A DNA stretch of 64,000 bases from positions 3,782,001 to 3,846,000 of the forward strand of contig OZ059900.1 in the NCBI GenBank assembly GCA_964057225.1, in the 5' to 3' direction. The position numbers were made by a program, and so were the translations under genes. The notes below the pieces were generated by a model. It was not told where the DNA came from and searched no databases. It saw only the letters and a list, made by a program, of their open reading frames with translations. Position 1 is the stretch's first letter. Every line of letters begins with the position of its first letter. Source of the DNA: Auanema rhodensis. Its lineage: Eukaryota; Animalia; Nematoda. Below are positions 55,901 through 64,000 of the stretch, piece by piece.

Positions 55901-58900
55901 GAAAATTCAAAAATTCTTTCTATTTTCGACCTTTTTTGATCAAAATGAATAAATATCAGTGCAGACTCATGAAAATAGCATGATTTTGTGTATTGTGTGT
56001 TTGATTATCAAATCTTAACGTATATGATCAAAATTTACAAGTATTACAGATTTTGTACCAAAAATCGGTGAGTATATGGTGTTAAAGGCATAAAAACGAC
56101 CATACTTAGTGTAGTAATGCTATTTGAGTGAAATTCAGTGATTTAAACATCATTAATGTTTAACTAATGACTTTTGTTGTCATAGACAATAAAACTATGC
56201 TTTTGATCATATATATGAGCGATTTATCCAAATTGGACTCAAAACTCGGAAAATTCAAAAATTCTTTCTATTTTCGACCTTTTTTGATCAAAATGAATAA
56301 ATATCAGTGCAGACTCATGAAAATAGCATGATTTTGTGTATTGTGTGTTTGATTATCAAATCTTAACGTATATGATCAAAATTTACAAGTATTACAGATT
56401 TTGTACCAAAAATCGGTGAGTATATGGTGTTAAAGGCATAAAAACGACCATACTTAGTGTAGTAATGCTATTTGAGCGAAATTCAGTGATTTGAACATCA
56501 TTAGTGTTTAATTAATGACTTTTGTTGTCATAGACAATGAAACTATGCTTTTGATCATATATATGAGCGATTTATCCAAATTGGACTCAAAACTCGGAAA
56601 ATTCAAAAATTCTTTCTATTTTCGACCTTTTTTGATCAAAATGAATAAATATCAGTGCAAACTCGTAAAAATATACTGATTTTGTGTATTGTGTGTTTGA
56701 TTCTCAAATCTTAACGTATATGATCAAAATTTACAAGTTTTACAGAATTTGTACCAAAAATCGGTGAGTATATGGTGTTAGAGGCATAAAAACGACCATA
56801 CTTAGTGTAGTAATGCTATTTGAGCGAAATTCAGTGATTTGAACATCATTTGTGTTTAATTAATGACTTTTGTTGTCATAGACAATGAAACTATGCTTTT
56901 GATCATATATATGAGCGATTTATCCAAATTGGACTCAAAACTCGGAAAATTCAAAAATTCTGTCTATTATCGACCTTTTTCGATCAAAATGAATAACTAT
57001 CAGTGCAGACTCATGAAAATAGCATGATTTTGTGTATTGTGTGTTTGATTCTCAAATCTTAACGTATATGATCAAAATTTACAAGTATTACAGATTTTGT
57101 ACCAAAAATCGGTGAGTATATGGTGTTAAAGGCATAAAAACGACCTTACTTAGTGTAGTAATGCTATTTGAGCGAAATTCAGTGATTTGAACATCATTAG
57201 TGTTTAATTAATGACTTTTGTTGTCATAGTCAATAAAACTATGCTTTTGATCATATATATGAGCGATTTAGCCAAATTGGACTCAAAACTCGGAAATTAA
57301 AAAAATTCTTTCTATTTTCGACCTTTTTTGATCAAAATGAATAAATATCAGTGCAAACTCGTAAAAATAGACTGATTTTGTGTAATGTTTGTTTGATTCT
57401 CGAATCTTAACGAATATGATCAAAATTTACGAGTATTACAGATTTTGTACCAAAACTCGGTGAGTATATGGTGTTAAAGGCATAAAAACGACCTTACTTA
57501 GTGTAGTAATGCTATTTGAGCGAAATTCAGTGATTTGAACATCATTAGTGTTTAATTAATGACTTTTGTTGTCATAGACAATGAAACTATGCTTTTGATC
57601 ATATATATGAGCGATTTATCCAAATTGGACTCAAAACTCGGAAAATTCAAAAATTCTGTCTATTATCGACCTTTTTTGATCAAAATGAATAAATATCAGT
57701 GCAAACTCATAAAAATAGACTGATTTTGTGTATTGTGTGTTTGATTCTCAAATCGTAACAAATATGATCAAAATTTACGAGTATCACAGAATTTGTACCA
57801 AAAATCGGTGAGTATATGGTGTTAAAGGCATAAAAACGACCATACTTAGTGTAGTAATGCTATTTGAGTGAAATTCAGTGATTTAAACATCATTAATGTT
57901 TAACTAATGACTTTTGTTGTCATAGACAATAAAACTATGCTTTTGATCATATATATGAGCGATTTATCCAAATTGGACTCAAAACTCGGAAAATTCAAAA
58001 ATTCTTTCTATTTTCGACCTTTTTTGATCAAAATGAATAAATATCAGTGCAGACTCATGAAAATAGCATGATTTTGTGTATTGTGTGTTTGATTATCAAA
58101 TCTTAACGTATATGATCAAAATTTACAAGTATTACAGATTTTGTACCAAAAATCGGTGAGTATATGGTGTTAAAGGCATAAAAACGACCATACTTAGTGT
58201 AGTAATGCTATTTGAGTGAACTTCAGTGATTTAAACATTATCAGTGTTTTCTTAATGACTTTTGTTGTCATAGACAATAAAACTATGCTTTTGATCATAT
58301 ATATGAGCGATTTATCCAAATTGGACTCAAAACTCGGAAAATTCAAAAATTCTTTCTATTTTCGACCTTTTTTGATCAAAATGAATAAATATCAGTGCAA
58401 ACTCGTAAAAATATACTGATTTTGTGTATTGTGTGTTTGATTCTCAAATCTTAACGTATATGATCAAAATTTACAAGTTTTACAGAATTTGTACCAAAAA
58501 TCGGTGAGTATATGGTGTTAGAGGCATAAAAACGACCATACTTAGTGTAGTAATGCTATTTGAGCGAAATTCAGTGATTTGAACATCATTTGTGTTTAAT
58601 TAATGACTTTTGTTGTCATAGACAATGAAACTATGCTTTTGATCATATATATGAGCGATTTATCCAAATTGGACTCAAAACTCGGAAAATTCAAAAATTC
58701 TGTCTATTATCGACCTTTTTCGATCAAAATGAATAAATATCAGTGCAAACTCGTAAAAATAAACTTATTTCGTGTATTGTGTGTTTGATTCTCGAATCTT
58801 AACGAATATGATCAAAATTTACGAGTATTACAGATTTTGTACCAAAAATCGGTGAGTATATGGTGTTAAAGGCATAAAAACGACCATACTTAGTGTAGTA

Positions 58901-59699
58901 ATGCTATTTGAGTGAAATTCAGTGATTTAAACGTTATCAGTGTTTTCTTAATGACTTTTGTTGTCATAGACAATAAAACTATGCTTTTGATCATATATAT
59001 GAGCGATTTATCCAAATTGGACTCAAAACTCGGAAAATTCAAAAATTCTTTCTATTTTCGACCTTTTTTGATCAAAATGAATAAATATCAGTGCAAACTC
59101 GTAAAAATATACTGATTTTGTGTATTGTGTGTTTGATTCTCAAATCTTAACGTATATGATCAAAATTTACAAGTATTACAGAATTTGTACCAAAAATCGG
59201 TGAGTATATGGTGTTAGAGGCATAAAAACGACCATACTTAGTGTAGTAATGCTTTAAAGCGAAATTCAGTGATTTAAACATCATTAATGTTTAACTAATG
59301 ACTTTTGTTGTCATAGACAATAAAACTATGCTTTTGATCATATATATGAGCGATTTATCCAAATTGGACTCAAAACTCGGAAAATTCAAAAATTCTGTCT
59401 ATTATCGACCTTTTTCGATCAAAATGAATAAATATCAGTGCAGACTCATGAAAATAGCATGATTTTGTGTATTGTGTGTTTGATTCTCAAATCTTAACGT
59501 ATATGATCAAAATTTACAAGTATTACAGATTTTGTACCAAAAATCGGTCAGTATATGGTGTTAGAGGCATAAAAACGACCATACTTAGTGTAGTAATGCT
59601 TTTTAAGCGAAATTCAGTGATTTAAACATCATTAATGTTTAACTAATGACTTTTGTTGTCATAGACAATAAAACTATGCTTTTGATCATATATATGAGC

Positions 59700-62600
59700 G
59701 ATTTAGCCAAATTGGACTCAAAACTCGGAAAATTCAAAAATTCTGTCTATTTTCGACCTTTTTTGATCAAAATGAATAAATATTAGTGCAAACTCATAAA
59801 AATAGACTGATTTTGTGTATTGTGTGTTTGATTCTCAAATCGTAACAAATATGATCAAAATTTACGAGTATCACAGAATTTGTACCAAAAATCGGTGAGT
59901 ATATTTTGTTAAAGGCATAAAAACGACCATACTTAGTGTAGTAATGCTATTTGAGCGAAATTCAGTGATTTAAACATCATTAGTGTTTAATTAATGACTT
60001 TTGTTGTCATAGACAATAAAACTATGCTTTTGATCATATATATGAGCGATTTATCCAAATTGGACTCAAAACTCGGAAAATTCAAAAATTCTTTCTATTT
60101 TCGACCTTTTTTGATCAAAATGAATAAATATCAGTGCAAACTCATAAAAATAGACTGATTTTGTGTATTGTGTGTTTGATTCTCAAATCTTAACAAATAT
60201 GATCAAAATTTACGAGTATCACAGATTTTGTACCAAAAATCGGTGAGTATATGGTGTTAAAGGCAAAAAACGACCATACTTAGTGTAGTAATGCTATTTG
60301 AGCGAAATTCAGTGATTTAAACATTATTAGTGTTTAATCAGTGACTTTTGTTGTCATAGAAAATGAAACTATGCTTTTTATCATATATATGAGCGATTTA
60401 GCCAAATTGGACTCAAAACTCGGGAAATTCAAAAATTCTTTCTATTTTCGACCTTTTTTGATCAAAATGAATAAATATCAGTGCAAACCCGTAAAAATAT
60501 ACTGATTTCGTGTATTGTGTGTTTGATTCTCGAATCTTACCGAATATGATCGAATTTTACGAGTATTACAGATTTTGTACCAAAAATCGGAGAGTATATG
60601 GTGTTAGAGGCATAAAAACGACCATACTTAGTGTAGTAATGCTATTTGAGCGAAATTCAGTGATTCAAACATCATTAGTGTTTAATCAATGACTTTTGTT
60701 GTCATAGACAATGAAACTATGCTTTTGATCATATATATGAGCGATTTATCCAAATTGGACTCAAAACTCGAAAAATTCAAAAATTCTGTCTATTATCGAC
60801 CTTTTTTGATCAAAATGAATAAATATCAGTGCAGACTCATGAAAATAGCATGATTTTGTGTATTGTGTGTTTGATTCTCGAATCTTAACGAATATGATCG
60901 AAATTTACGAGTATTACAGATTTTGTACCAAAAATCGGTGAGTATATGGTGTTAAAGGCATAAAAACGACCTTACTTAGTGTAGTAATGCTATTTGAGCG
61001 AAATTCAGTGATTTGAACATCATTAGTGTTTAATTAATGACTTTTGTTGTCATAGTCAATAAAACTATGCTTTTGATCATATATATGAGCGATTTAGCCA
61101 AATTGGACTCAAAACTCGGAAATTTAAAAAATTCTTTCTATTTTCGACCTTTTTTGATCAAAATGAATAAATATCAGTGCAAACTCGTAAAAATAGACTG
61201 ATTTTGTGTAATGTTTGTTTGATTCTCGAATCTTAACGAATATGATTAAAATTTACGAGTATTACAGATTTTGTACCAAAACTCGGTGAGTATATGGTGT
61301 TAAAGGCATAAAAACGACCTTACTTAGTGTAGTAATGCTATTTGAGCGAAATTCAGTGATTTGAACATCATTAGTGTTTAATTAATGACTTTTGTTGTCA
61401 TAGACAATGAAACTATGCTTTTGATCATATATATGAGCGATTTATCCAAATTGGACTCAAAACTCGGAAAATTCAAAAATTCTGTCTATTATCGACCTTT
61501 TTTGATCAAAATGAATAAATATCAGTGCAAACTCATAAAAATAGACTGATTTTGTGTATTGTATGTTTGATTCTCAAATCGTAACAAATATGATCAAAAT
61601 TTACGAGTATCACAGAATTTGTACCAAAAATCGGTGAGTATATGGTGTTAAAGGCATAAAAACGACCATACTTAGTGTAGTAATGCTATTTGAGTGAAAT
61701 TCAGTGATTTAAACATTATTAGTGTTTTCTTAAAGACTTTTGTTGTCATAGACAATAAAACTATGCTTTTGATCATATATATGAGCGATTTATCCAAATT
61801 GGACTCAAAACTCGGAAAATTCAAAAATTCTTTCTATTTTCGACCTTTTTTGATCAAAATGAATAAATATCAGTGCAAACTCGTAAAAATATACTGATTT
61901 TGTGTATTGTGTGTTTGATTCTCAAATCTTAACGTATATGATCAAAATTTACAAGTATTACAGAATTTGTACCAAAAATCGGTGAGTATATGGTGTTAGA
62001 GGCATAAAAACGACCATACTTAGTGTAGTAATGCTATTTGAGCGAAATTCAGTGATTTGAACATCATTAGTGTTTAATTAATGACTTTTGTTGTCATAGA
62101 CAATGAAACTATGCTTTTGATCATATATATGAGCGATTTATCCAAATTGGACTCAAAACTCGGAAAATTCAAAAATTCTGTCTATTTTCGACCTTTTTTG
62201 ATCAAAATGAATAAATATTAGTGCAAACTCATAAAAATAGACTGATTTTGTGTATTGTGTGTTTGATTCTCAAATCGTAACAAATATGATCAAAATTTAC
62301 GAGTATCACAGAATTTGTACCAAAAATCGGTGAGTATATTTTGTTAAAGGCATAAAAACGACCATACTTAGTGTAGTAATGCTATTTGAGCGAAATTCAG
62401 TGATTTAAACATCATTAGTGTTTAATTAATGACTTTTGTTGTCATAGACAATAAAACTATGCTTTTGATCATATATATGAGCGATTTATCCAAATTGGAC
62501 TCAAAACTCGGAAAATTCAAAAATTCTTTCTATTTTCGACCTTTTTTGATCAAAATGAATAAATATCAGTGCAAACTCATAAAAATAGACTGATTTTGTG

Positions 62601-64000
62601 TATTGTGTGTTTGATTCTCAAATCTTAACAAATATGATCAAAATTTACGAGTATCACAGATTTTGTACCAAAAATCGGTGAGTATATGGTGTTAAAGGCA
62701 AAAAACGACCATACTTAGTGTAGTAATGCTATTTGAGCGAAATTCAGTGATTTAAACATTATTAGTGTTTAATCAGTGACTTTTGTTGTCATAGAAAATG
62801 AAACTATGCTTTTTATCATATATATGAGCGATTTAGCCAAATTGGACTCAAAACTCGGAAAATTCAAAAATTCTTTCTATTTTCGACCTTTTTTGATCAA
62901 AATGAATAAATATCAGTGCAAACCCGTAAAAATATACTGATTTCGTGTATTGTGTGTTTGATTCTCGAATCTTACCGAATATGATCGAATTTTACGAGTA
63001 TTACAGATTTTGTACCAAAAATCGGAGAGTATATGGTGTTAGAGGCATAAAAACGACCATACTTAGTGTAGTAATGCTATTTGAGCGAAATTCAGTGATT
63101 CAAACATCATTAGTGTTTAATCAATGACTTTTGTTGTCATAGACAATGAAACTATGCTTTTGATCATATATATGAGCGATTTATCCAAATTGGACTCAAA
63201 ACTCGAAAAATTCAAAAATTCTGTCTATTATCGACCTTTTTTGATCAAAATGAATAAATATCAGTGCAGACTCATGAAAATAGCATGATTTTGTGTATTG
63301 TGTGTTTGATTCTCGAATCTTAACGAATATGATCGAAATTTACGAGTATTACAGATTTTGTACCAAAAATCGGTGAGTATATGGTGTTAAAGGCATAAAA
63401 ACGACCTTACTTAGTGTAGTAATGCTATTTGAGCGAAATTCAGTGATTTGAACATCATTAGTGTTTAATTAATGACTTTTGTTGTCATAGTCAATAAAAC
63501 TATGCTTTTGATCATATATATGAGCGATTTAGCCAAATTGGACTCAAAACTCGGAAATTTAAAAAATTCTTTCTATTTTCGACCTTTTTTGATCAAAATG
63601 AATAAATATCAGTGCAAACTCGTAAAAATAGACTGATTTTGTGTAATGTTTGTTTGATTCTCGAATCTTAACGAATATGATTAAAATTTACGAGTATTAC
63701 AGATTTTGTACCAAAACTCGGTGAGTATATGGTGTTAAAGGCATAAAAACGACCTTACTTAGTGTAGTAATGCTATTTGAGCGAAATTCAGTGATTTGAA
63801 CATCATTAGTGTTTAATTAATGACTTTTGTTGTCATAGACAATGAAACTATGCTTTTGATCATATATATGAGCGATTTATCCAAATTGGACTCAAAACTC
63901 GGAAAATTCAAAAATTCTGTCTATTATCGACCTTTTTTGATCAAAATGAATAAATATCAGTGCAAACTCATAAAAATAGACTGATTTTGTGTATTGTATG
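59700..64000 (+). repeat. Diverged 7-monomer HOR (2435-bp period), about 1.8 copies visible
   Basis: Private alleles recur at +2435: TATTAGTGCA 59781/62216, ATATTTTGTT 59901/62336, GTATG 61561/63996, ORF starts 60510/62945. Confidence 0.9.

Larger units (their letters stand above)
1..64000. repeat. Tandem satellite DNA array, 347/348-bp monomer, ~184 copies, ~30% GC, continuing past both window edges; probably (peri)centromeric or heterochromatic
   Basis: TTACTACACTAAGTATGGTCG recurs at 1, 348, 695, 1043 ... 21525. Its reverse complement recurs every 347-348 bp from ~22010 to the end. No unique sequence was seen. The repeat is directly visible; centromeric location is inference only. Confidence 0.98.
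21867..64000 (+). repeat. Right satellite block (subfamily R): ~121 monomers, mostly 348 bp, reverse complement of the left block
   Basis: CTTAGTGTAGTAATGCT recurs from 22021 onward. Alleles not seen in the left block include GCAGACTCATGAAAATAGCATGA, CGACCTTAC and TCTGTCTATTATCG. The 347-bp variants here arise from GGCAAAAAAC versus GGCATAAAAAC. Confidence 0.97.

Noticed and set aside
808-63127. Dozens of 60-88 aa ORFs (MTFVVIDNKTMLLIIY..., MKFSDLNIIS..., MYCVFDSR...)
   Set aside because: They are translations of the same satellite segment and switch strand exactly with the array inversion. They appear or vanish with single SNPs around the length cutoff, often use TTG/GTG starts, and show no recognisable domain. 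Not called as CDS; used only as positional markers.
1-64000. CRISPR array or other repeat-spacer system
   Set aside because: There are no unique spacers: the entire 347/348-bp unit is repeated with only point variants, and no cas-like genes are present.
1-64000. Tandem 5S rDNA, tRNA, snRNA or spliced-leader gene array
   Set aside because: No 5S or tRNA-like sequence or Pol III box A/B/C was recognised, and uniform 30% GC shows no gene/spacer partition. An Rfam/Infernal scan would be needed to exclude it formally.

Overview
The whole 64 kb window is a single AT-rich (about 30% GC; hand count of monomer 1: 104/347) tandem satellite array with a 347/348-bp monomer, roughly 184 copies. I find no genes, transposons or CRISPR. 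It looks like eukaryotic (peri)centromeric or heterochromatic satellite DNA; I cannot name the family or species. The array switches strand at position 21867 through a clean junction (1-bp overlap, no insertion), making a very large quasi-palindrome with a 171-bp spacer. The two arms are distinct subfamilies with different higher-order repeats (HORs). The left arm is mostly 347-bp monomers with 3-, 4-, 12- and 26-monomer periods. The right arm is mostly 348-bp monomers with a 6-monomer HOR, shuffled derivatives and a diverged 7-mer at the far end. Main observations: (1) the arms share a private SNP and a 102-bp perfectly inverted tract at exact mirror-image positions about the junction, suggesting in-register fold-back exchange or a fold-back origin; (2) the monomer appears to be a degenerate dimer of ~170-178-bp halves, and the inversion joins near-paralogous motifs of the two halves; (3) short tracts of left-type sequence sit inside the right arm; (4) many variable sites are transitions in CG and CHG contexts. 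All listed ORFs are by-products of the repeat.
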